From NCBI GenBank assembly GCA_964646765.1, contig CAZYIA010000003.1:66815-130814 (forward strand): DNA of 64,000 nt, written 5' to 3'. This DNA comes from an uncultured Candidatus Saccharibacteria bacterium. GTDB taxonomy: Bacteria > Patescibacteriota > Minisyncoccia > Phycocordibacterales > UBA9973. The translations under genes were made by a program, and so were the position numbers. The notes under the pieces are model-generated. The model did no database searches and was not told the origin of the DNA. It saw nothing but the letters and a program-made list of their open reading frames with translations. Below, in pieces: positions 9,785 to 19,515 of the stretch (positions within the stretch are counted from its first letter, which is position 1; every line of letters starts with the position of its first letter).

Positions 9785-12082
9785 ATGGTAAAGAAAATCC
9801 TGTTTCCGGTCGCTTTTATTTTTCTTAGTTTTGCTGTAGCTGGTGGCCTGTCGGCTAAAGTTGCTTTTGCTGCACCACAGTGTCATGCCATTGCTACGGG
9901 TAATTGGAGCGACCCTGCCATCTGGAGCAACTGTCATGGTGTTGGTGGTCTTCCAGACGCAACCGATATTGTAAGTATTTCTACTGATTCAATAGTTACT
10001 GTTGACGTCTCTAATGCTGTAGCCCGATCATTATATGTTTATGATTCTGTAAATGCTTCACGTGGCTATACGTTTACCCCCTCAGGAGTTCTTACGGTTA
10101 CCGATTACGCTACCCTTTCTGGATCAAGTGGTTCAGGGTCACAATTCATAAACGTTGGCGACGGTACTCTTATTCTCGGGGGAAATCTTCGTATAGATGG
10201 AGGGATTCTTGGTACAGCAACCGTAACTGTTAACAATGGCACTCTTACTGTTGGAGGAAGTATTCTGATGTCAGGTGGCCTAAATGCAAGTCTAGTTTCA
10301 ACTGGAACGAGTACTATCAATGTTGGAGGAGACTTAACCAATGGAGTGTTAACAACCTCAGGAACTGGAACGATAAATTTTAATGGAACTGGGGCCCAGG
10401 AGGTTTCTCCATATGCTACTTTTAATAACGTTATCATCTCGAATACTGGTGGTACTGTAACCATTGATTCAGGAGCCACTGTTATTGGCGGGGACTTATC
10501 TGTTACCTCTGGAGATCTTTATCTTGATGGTGGAACACTTGATGTTTTAGGAGATACCACAATTTCGAGTGGTGCTACATGGAGTGAAGGACCAGGTATG
10601 GCGGTTACTTTTGCTGGGAATCTCGAAAATGAAGGAACGTTTACTGCTGATACTGGTAACCATACGTTTACTGGGACTGGTAAAACAATTAGTGGAGGAA
10701 GTGGAATAGATATTCCTAATTTAGTTATTAGTGGAACTATTACTAACCACAATACTCATGCCCTCACAGCATCTTCCAGCCTATCAGGCGCCGGCACCCT
10801 CACTAATGCTAGTAGTGCAATCTTAGAAATTGGTGGAGATCTTACTATTACTACACTTGTTGCCTCTATTCCTGGTAACTTTGTGAAATACACTAAAGCG
10901 GGTGATCAAACAATTCGGGCGATCGAGTACAGCCTCCTTGCGGTGAAAAATGGGGGAGTGAAAACTATTCCTTCTGGTATTACTGTTGATTTTGCTCTAG
11001 TTATCAATGTGGGAAATGTCGTTGATTTGACGGGAACAACAACCACTCAGGTTCTGTATATGAATAATGCTAGCCAAGATGTTGGCTCTTGGGGTGCGAC
11101 TGGATCAGGGGCTGCAAATATTAACGACACCTTCTTTTCTGGAACCGGAACGGTTAATGTCACTGGTCTGACGGCAACCATTACTATCGACAGTATTTCA
11201 AATGATACCGGCGTTTCTTCGTCTGATTTTATTACCAAAACTGCAGGACAAACAGTGAATGTAACGATGAGTTTCCCCTATATTTCTGGAGAAACAGTTG
11301 AAGGTTCTGTTGATGGAGGAGCAACCTATACTAATATCAGCAGCATGGCTTCTGGAACGTCGGTTGTTTGGACTGGAGTGACATTGGCTAGTGGAACAAA
11401 CACGCTGAAAGTACGAGTTACACTTGCTCCTTCAGATATTTCTGGAACACAGGTTTATACACTTGATACTGATGCTCCAGGAACTATCGCAGCGACACCG
11501 AGCGCTGGGACATTTTCGTCATCTCAGAGCGTAACGCTCAGTTCCTCAGGAGCTACGACTGTGTACTATACGACTGATGGCACTTCTCCTTCGTGCTCAT
11601 CAGGTACACTATACTCTGGGCCGATCACTGTTTCTTCATCCGAAACTATAAACGCGATTGCTTGTGATGATGCTGGTAATGAAACGACTGGATCGTTTAC
11701 CTATACGATACACACTGGTGGGGGATCAGTATTTCTTATTCCTACTTTGCCAGTCATATCAGCTAACCTTTTAGGAAATTTGACTCAGCCACAAACCACT
11801 ACAGGTAGAGCAGGTGAACAGAATACTTCAAAAGAGTTATTCCCAAAGAATTTGTATAAAGGCATGACTGACCCTGATGTGAAGCGTCTCCAAGAGTATC
11901 TTAATGGCACATCATTTATGGTTGCGAAAACCGGCCCAGGATCTCCAGGACATGAAACTTCTCGCTTTGGTCCTGCTACGGCAAAGGCGTTAATGCTCTT
12001 CCAAAAGAGTATCGGTATTACACCGGCAACTGGTGGTTTTGGACCAAAGACGAGAGCGTACGTAAACACACATTCTCACTAA
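9785..12082 (+). CDS. Surface protein with Gly/Thr-rich beta-helix-like region, chitobiase/Fn3-associated domain and peptidoglycan-binding domain
   Basis: Signal peptide; TGNWSDPAIWS; VYYTTDGTSPS...LYSGPITV; C-terminal DVKRLQEYLN...FGPKTRAYVN. Confidence 0.83.
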   Translation: MVKKILFPVAFIFLSFAVAGGLSAKVAFAAPQCHAIATGNWSDPAIWSNCHGVGGLPDATDIVSISTDSIVTVDVSNAVARSLYVYDSVNASRGYTFTPSGVLTVTDYATLSGSSGSGSQFINVGDGTLILGGNLRIDGGILGTATVTVNNGTLTVGGSILMSGGLNASLVSTGTSTINVGGDLTNGVLTTSGTGTINFNGTGAQEVSPYATFNNVIISNTGGTVTIDSGATVIGGDLSVTSGDLYLDGGTLDVLGDTTISSGATWSEGPGMAVTFAGNLENEGTFTADTGNHTFTGTGKTISGGSGIDIPNLVISGTITNHNTHALTASSSLSGAGTLTNASSAILEIGGDLTITTLVASIPGNFVKYTKAGDQTIRAIEYSLLAVKNGGVKTIPSGITVDFALVINVGNVVDLTGTTTTQVLYMNNASQDVGSWGATGSGAANINDTFFSGTGTVNVTGLTATITIDSISNDTGVSSSDFITKTAGQTVNVTMSFPYISGETVEGSVDGGATYTNISSMASGTSVVWTGVTLASGTNTLKVRVTLAPSDISGTQVYTLDTDAPGTIAATPSAGTFSSSQSVTLSSSGATTVYYTTDGTSPSCSSGTLYSGPITVSSSETINAIACDDAGNETTGSFTYTIHTGGGSVFLIPTLPVISANLLGNLTQPQTTTGRAGEQNTSKELFPKNLYKGMTDPDVKRLQEYLNGTSFMVAKTGPGSPGHETSRFGPATAKALMLFQKSIGITPATGGFGPKTRAYVNTHSH

Positions 12083-12087
12083 ATGAA

Positions 12088-12125
12088 AATAAAAAAACTG
12101 GAGCCAAGGCTCCAGTTTTTTTATT
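12088..12125. terminator. Bidirectional terminator between convergent genes
   Basis: aataaaaaaactggagcc-aa-ggctccagtttttttatt. Confidence 0.85.
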
Positions 12126-12531
12126 AGTCTTTCTTTTTAAGAATTTCAAGAATCTTATCTAGTTTTTCAACTTCAATACTATTTAACCGAACCTGAAGCG
12201 CCTCGATTTCCTTCTTTGCTTCAAGGTTTGTTTGAAAATCTTCAAGTGCCTGAGCCCGGTCACGCTCATTCTGGCGGTTCTGCGCCATCATAATAATTGG
12301 CGCCGCGTAGGCAGCTTGTGTTGAAAAGAGAAGGTTGAGAAGAATAAATGGATACGGGTCCCAGTGGTGGGTATAGCCATAGAGGTTGAGCCCCATCCAG
12401 AGTATGACAAAAAGGGTTTGGCTGATAATGAAACCCCACGATCCCATACCGTTAGCAACAGCATCGGCAATTTTTTGGCCGATGGTGAGCGTTTCTCGAT
12501 GCTTCTCGTGCCATGTTTTTTCTCTTTTCAT
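12124..12531 (-). CDS. DUF1003 membrane protein
   Basis: IADAVANGMGSWGFI and WDPYPFILLNL...AAPIIMMAQNRQ motifs. Confidence 0.9.
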   Translation of the reverse strand: MKREKTWHEKHRETLTIGQKIADAVANGMGSWGFIISQTLFVILWMGLNLYGYTHHWDPYPFILLNLLFSTQAAYAAPIIMMAQNRQNERDRAQALEDFQTNLEAKKEIEALQVRLNSIEVEKLDKILEILKKKD

Positions 12532-12599
12532 ATATCTTGAAGTATAGCGTGCAAAAGCTTGAGGCTCCAACATGTTATACTACAAAGGCTTTTCTCTCT

Positions 12600-14402
12600 A
12601 TGTCGAAAGATTATGTCCACTTAAATCGCGGGTTGGTGCTCTCCTATTTTTGGAAGGTAATTCGTCAGTTTCCGCGAACCTTTTATTCTGTCGTTTTTTG
12701 CACCATCATTGTCGGTGTTTTGGATGTCTATATTCCATTTCAGTATTTAAAGCTTTGGAACATTCTTTCGGGAGTAACTTCCGGTGGAGCTCACGCTGCT
12801 CGTAATATTATTTTCTATATTTTGGCTTGGAATATTGTTCGACACCTTTTTCGTCGGTACGTTACTTTCGCGAATGATTACTTTCAAGCAGGAGTTATGG
12901 CAGGGCTTCGAAAGCAAGCCTTTGGATATATGATCGGGCATTCGCACGCGTTTTTTGCTTCATCATTTGGCGGCAGCTTAGTCCAAAAAGTAAATAAATA
13001 CGCGCGAGCATTTGAAAAACTGATGGACAAGTTTGTCACGGAAGGACTTCCGCTGTTAGTAAAAAGCGTTGGTACAGTTATTGCTATCTACACCTTAAGT
13101 CACACGTATGCCTTCATTATTACGATTTTCACCTCCATTTTTATTCTAACCGGATTTATTTATACTCGGTTTAAATTAAAATACGATGTTATTGCCGCAG
13201 AAAGCGATACGCATACCACTGGAGCACTTGCTGATTCCATTACTAACCACGCATCTATTCAACTATTCACAGGGCATACTTATGAGCGTACTCGCGTCGG
13301 AGAGGTAATTGAAGAGCAGCGCCAAGCAACTGTCTTTAACTGGTATTTGTGGGATGGATTGAATGCTATCCAAGCAAGTTATATTGTCGCCACAGAATTT
13401 ATATTAATGTGGATTGCTATTGGTGATTGGGAGAATGGGATAACAACTGTTGCAGTATTCGTACTTCTTCAAAACTATTTTATCCGACTGGGTGAAAATC
13501 TCTGGAACTTCTCAAGTCTTGTGCGAGCATTTTATGACTCCTTTGCTGATGCCCAAGAAATGGTACAGATTTTTGAAAAACCATACAGTGTGGATGATGA
13601 ACACGCAGCGAAAAAATTAAAAACGGTTTCAGGCACGGTTGCCTTTAATGACGTTACCTATATTTACGATAGCAATACTCGGCCAGTTATTGATCATCTC
13701 TCAATTACTATTCCTCAAGGTCAAAAAATTGCCCTTGTTGGAACTTCAGGAGCAGGGAAGTCAACTTTCGTTCGTCTTATTATGCGCCTTTTTGATGTAA
13801 CCCGTGGCAGTATTACGATAGATGGTATTGATATTCGCACCGTTACCCAAGAAAGTCTCCGTGAACAAATAGCTTTTGTGCCGCAAGATCCAGTGCTCTT
13901 CCATCGAACACTGACCGAAAATATTCGCTACGGTCGTCGCGATGCAACTGACGAAGAAGTTCGCCGAGCTGCGACGCTTGCTCACTGTGATGAATTTATT
14001 GATAGGTTACCACTTGGCTATGATACATACGTAGGTGAGCGTGGTATCAAACTTTCAGGTGGAGAACGTCAGCGTATTGCCATTGCTCGGGCTATTTTAA
14101 AAAATGCTCCGATCTTGGTGCTCGACGAAGCAACCAGTTCGCTCGATTCGCATTCAGAAGTACTTATTCAGGATGCGCTTCATACGCTTATTCAAGGAAA
14201 AACAACGATTGTCATTGCTCATCGACTTTCTACTATTCGAGAAATGGATCGTATCATTGTGCTCGAAAACGGTCGCATACTTGAAGAGGGAACTCATGAT
14301 AGTTTACTTCGCAAGCGCACCAGTCAGTATAAGAAGCTCTGGGACATTCAAGCGAAAGGATTTTCGAAAAAGCGAGAGATGACTGACTCCGTTCTAGTAT
14401 GA
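12600..14402 (+). CDS. ABC transporter, fused permease/ATPase (exporter type)
   Basis: N-terminal TM helices; GTSGAGKS, LSGGERQR, LVLDEATS. Confidence 0.93.
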   Translation: MSKDYVHLNRGLVLSYFWKVIRQFPRTFYSVVFCTIIVGVLDVYIPFQYLKLWNILSGVTSGGAHAARNIIFYILAWNIVRHLFRRYVTFANDYFQAGVMAGLRKQAFGYMIGHSHAFFASSFGGSLVQKVNKYARAFEKLMDKFVTEGLPLLVKSVGTVIAIYTLSHTYAFIITIFTSIFILTGFIYTRFKLKYDVIAAESDTHTTGALADSITNHASIQLFTGHTYERTRVGEVIEEQRQATVFNWYLWDGLNAIQASYIVATEFILMWIAIGDWENGITTVAVFVLLQNYFIRLGENLWNFSSLVRAFYDSFADAQEMVQIFEKPYSVDDEHAAKKLKTVSGTVAFNDVTYIYDSNTRPVIDHLSITIPQGQKIALVGTSGAGKSTFVRLIMRLFDVTRGSITIDGIDIRTVTQESLREQIAFVPQDPVLFHRTLTENIRYGRRDATDEEVRRAATLAHCDEFIDRLPLGYDTYVGERGIKLSGGERQRIAIARAILKNAPILVLDEATSSLDSHSEVLIQDALHTLIQGKTTIVIAHRLSTIREMDRIIVLENGRILEEGTHDSLLRKRTSQYKKLWDIQAKGFSKKREMTDSVLV

Positions 14403-15289
14403 ACGACGCTCGTGCAAAGCAGGGAATAGTGTACGCAGTACTTTCAAATATCCTCTGGGCATTTTTTCCAGTACTGACACTCGTAACTTACCGGGCATTT
14501 CCTTCATTGCTTGCGCTTGCCGTTACAACCGGAATTGCTGCCGTGTTTTTTCTGCTCGTCATGCTTACTCGTAACAAGATGCATGAACTGCGCACACCAA
14601 AACTTTTCTACTATATTTTTTTCATCACTCTTTTTATTGCAATTGGCGGCTACGGATTTTATTACTGGGGGCTTACCTATACGTCGCCCGGAAATGCCGG
14701 CATAATTGGACTATTTGAAGTCTTTACCTCATTTTTATTTTTCAATCTTTTTCATAAGGAAGCATTCTCAAAGGTTCACATGATCGGAGCTTTCTGTATG
14801 ATCCTCGGTGCGCTTGTTGTGCTTTTGCCGAAATCTGGCGGCGGAGTGAGTGCAGGTTCGCTCCTTATTCTGGTTTCAACGATGATTGCTCCGTTTGGTA
14901 ACCGATTTCAGCAAAAAGCTCGCGCCATTGCTTCTGGCGAAACAATTATGTTTCTGCGAAATACTTTTGCGACTCTCGTCTTTCTAGTTCTCGCGTTTCT
15001 TTTTAAACAAACAACTCTCTCAGGCCCTCTTACGAGCACGGTTATCATTGCTCTTTTTGCTAATGCCGTACTTATTTTCGGAATTTCAAAACTGTTTTTT
15101 ATTGAGGCGATCCATAGACTTACTGTCACTCGGGTGATTGCCATTTCCAGTTTGGCGCCGTTCATCACCCTCTTTGTTGCATGGTGGTTTCTTCAAATTA
15201 AGCCTGAACCGATCCAGTTTCTAGCTCTTCTGCCGTTAGCGCTTGGTGTGCTATTGCTCACCGATCAGTTTCCACTTCAAAAAACATAG
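14399..15289 (+). CDS. EamA/DMT family transporter
   Basis: About 10 TM helices in two repeats; ATGA overlap with upstream gene. Confidence 0.85.
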   Translation: MNDARAKQGIVYAVLSNILWAFFPVLTLVTYRAFPSLLALAVTTGIAAVFFLLVMLTRNKMHELRTPKLFYYIFFITLFIAIGGYGFYYWGLTYTSPGNAGIIGLFEVFTSFLFFNLFHKEAFSKVHMIGAFCMILGALVVLLPKSGGGVSAGSLLILVSTMIAPFGNRFQQKARAIASGETIMFLRNTFATLVFLVLAFLFKQTTLSGPLTSTVIIALFANAVLIFGISKLFFIEAIHRLTVTRVIAISSLAPFITLFVAWWFLQIKPEPIQFLALLPLALGVLLLTDQFPLQKT

Positions 15290-15325
15290 CTTCCTACTTT
15301 AGGATCGTGGTAGAATAAAACCACT

Positions 15326-17074
15326 ATGATCCATCAGGAACTTCTCTTTTACGTAAAAGAACAGCAAAAGCGTGGCGTGCCAAACGCTTCAATTAAAGAA
15401 GTACTCATGCGTGAAGGCGGCTGGAATGAAGCTGATATTGATGAAGTGTTTCGTTTTGCGGTTGCTCCGACAACTCCTCTTCAACCAGCATCCGTTCAAA
15501 CGTCCACTGTTTCTTCGGTGGCACCAGCTACAAGCACCACAACCACTGCGCCTATTTCTCAACCAGTTAGTAGTGTTGCTCAAAAGCCAGCCGAGCTTGT
15601 ACCATCACAGCCGGTAACTCCCATTTCAACGACTATTGGATCAGCAGCAACTATAGCGGCTCCACTCGTACCGTCAATGAATGAGCCAAAACCAATGATG
15701 TCATCGCCATATGCACCTACAAAAGCAGGAGCAGTACCAGCATTTTCGGGAATGGAAACTAAGGTGATGCTTGAAAAAGCTAAGCCGCGAAAAAGTCGCG
15801 CAGGAATATTTGCCGTTATTTTGGTAGTTATTCTTCTGGGAGGAGCTGGTGCCTACGCCTATACGAACTATGTAAGTCCATCACCAAATGTGGCCTTTGC
15901 TCGAGGAGCTTCAGCATTTGCAAAACAATCAACATTCCGTTTTTCATTTGACGCCACATCACCAAATCTTTCACCAGCACTCTTCTCGTTTTTGCCAGCC
16001 GAAGCAACTCCAACTGAAACAGCTAACCAGGAAGTTGCCGTTGATACGTCGTCGAAACTTTCTCTTTCGGGGACAGTTGCTCCTAGTGGTACACCCAAAT
16101 ATACACTTACTGGGTCACTTGTAACTCCCTCAGTTCCAGTAACTGTTTCTGTACAAGCAAAAACAGGGGATGGAGGTGTCCTTTTCCAATTTCCTAATCT
16201 CGGCTACTTTATTGAGCGTTTCAATTTACCAAATGATACTCAAGCAGAAACTTGGTATAAGGCAACTGGAGCTGATATAGAAGAAGCAATCAATCCAGGA
16301 TTTGTAGCTCTCCGTGCTCTCGCTCCACTTATTACTCCAGGAGCTAATACTCTGGCAAGTGTTTCAAATCTCCTTGCTAAATATCCAATTCTTGTCCCAA
16401 CAACTTCACTACCACGAGGAACTGATGACGGTTCTTCATATCTCCGTTACCAAGTCACGGTAAGTAAAGAAGCTCTCCGTGCTCTATCACTTGAAGTAAT
16501 TAAACAAGGACAAGGAACAGCGGCAACGGCAGAGCAAACCGCAAGTGTAGATCAGATGCTCGAGAATCTCACATTCTCAAATGGAGAACTCTGGCTCGCC
16601 CCATTTACTTTTTTGCCACATCGTCTTTCTTTAACCATAACCTCTAAAGCGGGTTCAGGACTCCCGTTCGATAGTATCAATACTATGCTGACACTGTCTG
16701 GTTACGGCGATGCATTCCCAGTTGAAGCTACGCCAGCATCTACTACTTCAGTCAGAGATGTCATAGATAGTGCTGTTACAAAGCAGAAAGATGCTAGTGT
16801 TCAATCACTTATGTCTCAGTCACGAGTAGAAGCTGAAATGTTTTATGGTAAGCGTCGCTCTTACTACAACTTATGTAAGGGATCAACGGAACTTGTTGGA
16901 ACTTTTGCCGAAATTAAAACTATTACCGGCACTGACCCAACTTGTGTCGCTACTGCGCGTGCGTATGCGATTGCAACGCCGCTTCCAAGTGATACTACGA
17001 AGATTGCCTGTGTTGATAGTTCTGGAACTAATGGTACGGTGTCTTCTGTTCCAACAAAGACGGTATGCCAGTAA
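15326..17074 (+). CDS. Membrane-anchored hypothetical protein with pilin-like C-terminal domain
   Basis: Pro/Thr/Ser linker, single TM, C-terminal KDASVQSLMSQSRVEAEMFY...C...CVDSSG resembling CPR pilin globular domains. Confidence 0.65.
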   Translation: MIHQELLFYVKEQQKRGVPNASIKEVLMREGGWNEADIDEVFRFAVAPTTPLQPASVQTSTVSSVAPATSTTTTAPISQPVSSVAQKPAELVPSQPVTPISTTIGSAATIAAPLVPSMNEPKPMMSSPYAPTKAGAVPAFSGMETKVMLEKAKPRKSRAGIFAVILVVILLGGAGAYAYTNYVSPSPNVAFARGASAFAKQSTFRFSFDATSPNLSPALFSFLPAEATPTETANQEVAVDTSSKLSLSGTVAPSGTPKYTLTGSLVTPSVPVTVSVQAKTGDGGVLFQFPNLGYFIERFNLPNDTQAETWYKATGADIEEAINPGFVALRALAPLITPGANTLASVSNLLAKYPILVPTTSLPRGTDDGSSYLRYQVTVSKEALRALSLEVIKQGQGTAATAEQTASVDQMLENLTFSNGELWLAPFTFLPHRLSLTITSKAGSGLPFDSINTMLTLSGYGDAFPVEATPASTTSVRDVIDSAVTKQKDASVQSLMSQSRVEAEMFYGKRRSYYNLCKGSTELVGTFAEIKTITGTDPTCVATARAYAIATPLPSDTTKIACVDSSGTNGTVSSVPTKTVCQ

Positions 17075-17256
17075 TTGGTTCGCTCCAAGAAACAGTCACC
17101 CTTCGCTTAATGATTCTTTGCGGAATCGCTCTTGTAGTTTTTGGAATTTTTCTTTCGCAACAGGTAACTATTCTGGCTGCAGATATTGCGTATCATCAGA
17201 CAGAAAATGAACATGCGTTAAACGAAACAGGAACTATAAAAAATCTCACCCAATGA
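17065..17256 (+). CDS. Small hypothetical membrane protein
   Basis: One hydrophobic helix; overlaps neighbours on both sides. Confidence 0.45.
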   Translation: MPVIGSLQETVTLRLMILCGIALVVFGIFLSQQVTILAADIAYHQTENEHALNETGTIKNLTQ

Positions 17257-17597
17257 GCCTCTCAAACAAAAAATGTGTTCCGTGTGAGGACCCAAACAAA
17301 AGTTATTTACTCTCTCAAGATGCGCAAACCAACCTGCTTAATGAACTTACTGGCTGGAGCGTAGATGGTGATGGAAAAAGTATCAGTAAGGAGTATCACT
17401 TCTCAGATTTTGTCCACGCCCTTTCATTTGTAAACCAGGTAGGGGATGTTGCTGAAGGAGAAGGGCATCATCCGGATATTGCCATATGGTACAATCGAGT
17501 ACGCCTCACTCTTACCACGCATTCACAAGGGGGACTTACTGAAAACGATTTTATTGTAGCTAGCAAGATTGATACGATAACTGAAGCGCTCGCCTAA
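17253..17597 (+). CDS. phhB: Pterin-4-alpha-carbinolamine dehydratase
   Basis: KKCVPCE, AEGEGHHPDI, THSQGGLTENDFIVASKID. Confidence 0.9.
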   Translation: MSLSNKKCVPCEDPNKSYLLSQDAQTNLLNELTGWSVDGDGKSISKEYHFSDFVHALSFVNQVGDVAEGEGHHPDIAIWYNRVRLTLTTHSQGGLTENDFIVASKIDTITEALA

Positions 17598-17608
17598 TTG
17601 TAGTTTCT

Positions 17609-18607
17609 ATGTATATTCTTCTTGATTCCGCATCACTTGTACTTGGCCTCATGGGCTTCGGTATTGCTCAGCATATTTATGGTAAAAAGCGAAGCGGTAA
17701 GACCCTCGTTTGTCCACTTCGATCAAATTGCAATCTCGTCATTAACTCTGACTATTCCAAATTTTTTGGTATCCCAGTTGAGATTCTTGGCATGGTGTAT
17801 TATGGCACCGTCGTTGTATACCATCTTGCTCATATTCTTTTTCCGGAAATACTAGGTTCCTCTGTTATTCTCGCGGCACTTGCCTTCTCTACTATTGCTT
17901 TTCTTTTTTCCATGTACCTCACCGCAGTACAGGCTTTTATTCTTAAGCAGTGGTGCGCGTGGTGTTTAACTTCTGCTGGCCTCTCGCTCTCCATATTCCT
18001 GCTCACTATTTTTGCGACACCCATACCAATTGCAGTATTGCTTGGAGAGCATACCCGTTTGTTTACTATTTTACATTTGGCTGGGGTTGCCATCGGTGTT
18101 GGGTCGGCAACAGTTACCGACGTCTTATTCTTTCGATTTTTGCATGATTACCGCATCTCTTTAGAGGAAAGTAGCGTCATGCAGGTACTCTCTCAGGTTA
18201 TTTGGGCAGCTCTGGTTATCTTGATCCTTTCCGGTATCTCTCTCTTTATTCCTTCATCTGAACGTTTGCTCGATTCTGGAAAATTTATCACTAAAATGAT
18301 AGGGATTGGCGTTTTGATTATCAACGGATTTGTCTTAAATGGCATTATCGCGCCTAAACTCGTACAGATTTCTTTTGCCGACGAAAATAGTCCAGAACTT
18401 CGCCGTATGCGCAAATTAGCATTTGCCTGCGGAGCAATTTCTATCACTACTTGGTATTTTGTCTTCATTCTTGGAGCCCTTCGTGGGGTTACATTCCCGT
18501 TTCTTCCTTTGTTTTTATTGTATATTGTTCTTTTCCTATTTGCAGTTACTGGAAGCCAGATTGCTGAGTATCTGGTTTCTAAAAAACAGTTTCCAGGAAT
18601 GGAGTAA
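17609..18607 (+). CDS. VKOR-family protein with extra C-terminal TM domain
   Basis: CPLRSNC...SDYSKFFGIP and WCAWC redox motif. Confidence 0.88.
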   Translation: MYILLDSASLVLGLMGFGIAQHIYGKKRSGKTLVCPLRSNCNLVINSDYSKFFGIPVEILGMVYYGTVVVYHLAHILFPEILGSSVILAALAFSTIAFLFSMYLTAVQAFILKQWCAWCLTSAGLSLSIFLLTIFATPIPIAVLLGEHTRLFTILHLAGVAIGVGSATVTDVLFFRFLHDYRISLEESSVMQVLSQVIWAALVILILSGISLFIPSSERLLDSGKFITKMIGIGVLIINGFVLNGIIAPKLVQISFADENSPELRRMRKLAFACGAISITTWYFVFILGALRGVTFPFLPLFLLYIVLFLFAVTGSQIAEYLVSKKQFPGME

Positions 18608-18612
18608 AAGTT

Positions 18613-19113
18613 TTATTCGCTCTTTTCGGTTCCGGCGGCTTTCTCATTAATACTGTCCTCGGCAAGTTCTGAAAGGCGTTCGTCGCCACTTTTTTCTTCT
18701 TCCAATGTTTCACTAAGAAGTTCGTGTGCACGGGCGTGATCCATTGCTTTTGCCCAACTTGAAGCGGTGCCGTAGAGGGCTATTTCTAAATGTTCAATAG
18801 CTTGCACCGAAGCAATAATGATTGCATCGCGCAACGAAAGATCTTCTATCTCAAGTGATGGCTCACTTTCCTCTAGTAGGACATCGAGCGGGGGAAAGGG
18901 AATGCCGTTCGGTTCTTCCCCAAATGATTCAAGAAGTTCACCAACTCGCTCCAATTGTTTTTTGGTTTCTTCGAGATGAGACTCAAGAGCATCTTTTAGT
19001 TCTGAGTCCCGAGCATGTTCAATTCGTCTGGGAACTCGCTTAATGAGTTCTTCCTCAATGTAGTACAGAATATGTAGTTTTTCGATAAAAAGTTTATGAA
19101 ATGTTTCGTTCAT
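18613..19113 (-). CDS. YciE/YciF (DUF892) ferritin-like protein
   Basis: HLEETKKQLER, QAIEHLEIALYGT, TLEEEK. Confidence 0.88.
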   Translation of the reverse strand: MNETFHKLFIEKLHILYYIEEELIKRVPRRIEHARDSELKDALESHLEETKKQLERVGELLESFGEEPNGIPFPPLDVLLEESEPSLEIEDLSLRDAIIIASVQAIEHLEIALYGTASSWAKAMDHARAHELLSETLEEEKSGDERLSELAEDSINEKAAGTEKSE

Positions 19114-19221
19114 GGTGTAGATATAAAATAGATACAAAGATAGTGAGGAAAGCAAAAACTAGATTTTCCTCGCTATTTTTGGTATAACGAGCACGCTTCA
19201 CCTTGCGTGACGCAGTAGCAT

Positions 19222-19294
19222 GGTGCCCATGGTGTAACGGTTAACACAGAGGTTTGTGGAACCTTTAATTCGAGTTCGATTCTCGATGGGCACC
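19222..19294 (+). tRNA. tRNA-His(GTG) with G-1
   Basis: G-1 plus gtgccca/tgggcac and C discriminator; anticodon arm gaggt-ttGTGga-acctt; T-loop gttcgattc. Confidence 0.96.
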
Positions 19295-19305
19295 CAAGAC
19301 GAAAC

Positions 19306-19330
19306 AAACGGCAACTACTTGCCGTTTTTT
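19306..19330 (+). terminator. Terminator-like hairpin after tRNA-His
   Basis: aaacggcaa-ctac-ttgccgtttttt. Confidence 0.72.
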
Positions 19331-19343
19331 CGTACTTGGGTGA

Positions 19344-19488
19344 GCCGGAGCCATGTTTCGCGAGCACGCGAAACCGGCGAGGCGGGGTCGCGAGCAAAAT
19401 TGCTCGACGGAGCAGTTTTGACTTGTGACCCCAAGGCTAGTGCCCAAGTGACTGGCGAGCCAAGAGTCGCGGACGATTCTCGATGGGC
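19344..19488 (+). repeat. tRNA-associated structured repeat (third module copy) followed by tRNA-His end copies
   Basis: gtttcgcg-AGCA-cgcgaaac and gctc-GACG-gagc hairpins; 15-bp direct repeat of tRNA 3' part at 19474-19488. Confidence 0.75.
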
Positions 19489-19515
19489 GATGATACTTTT
19501 GCTACACTATAGTTC

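Noticed and set aside
1837-12069. Many antisense and alternate-frame ORFs inside the surface protein genes
   Set aside because: Shadow ORFs expected from Gly/Thr/Ser codon bias.
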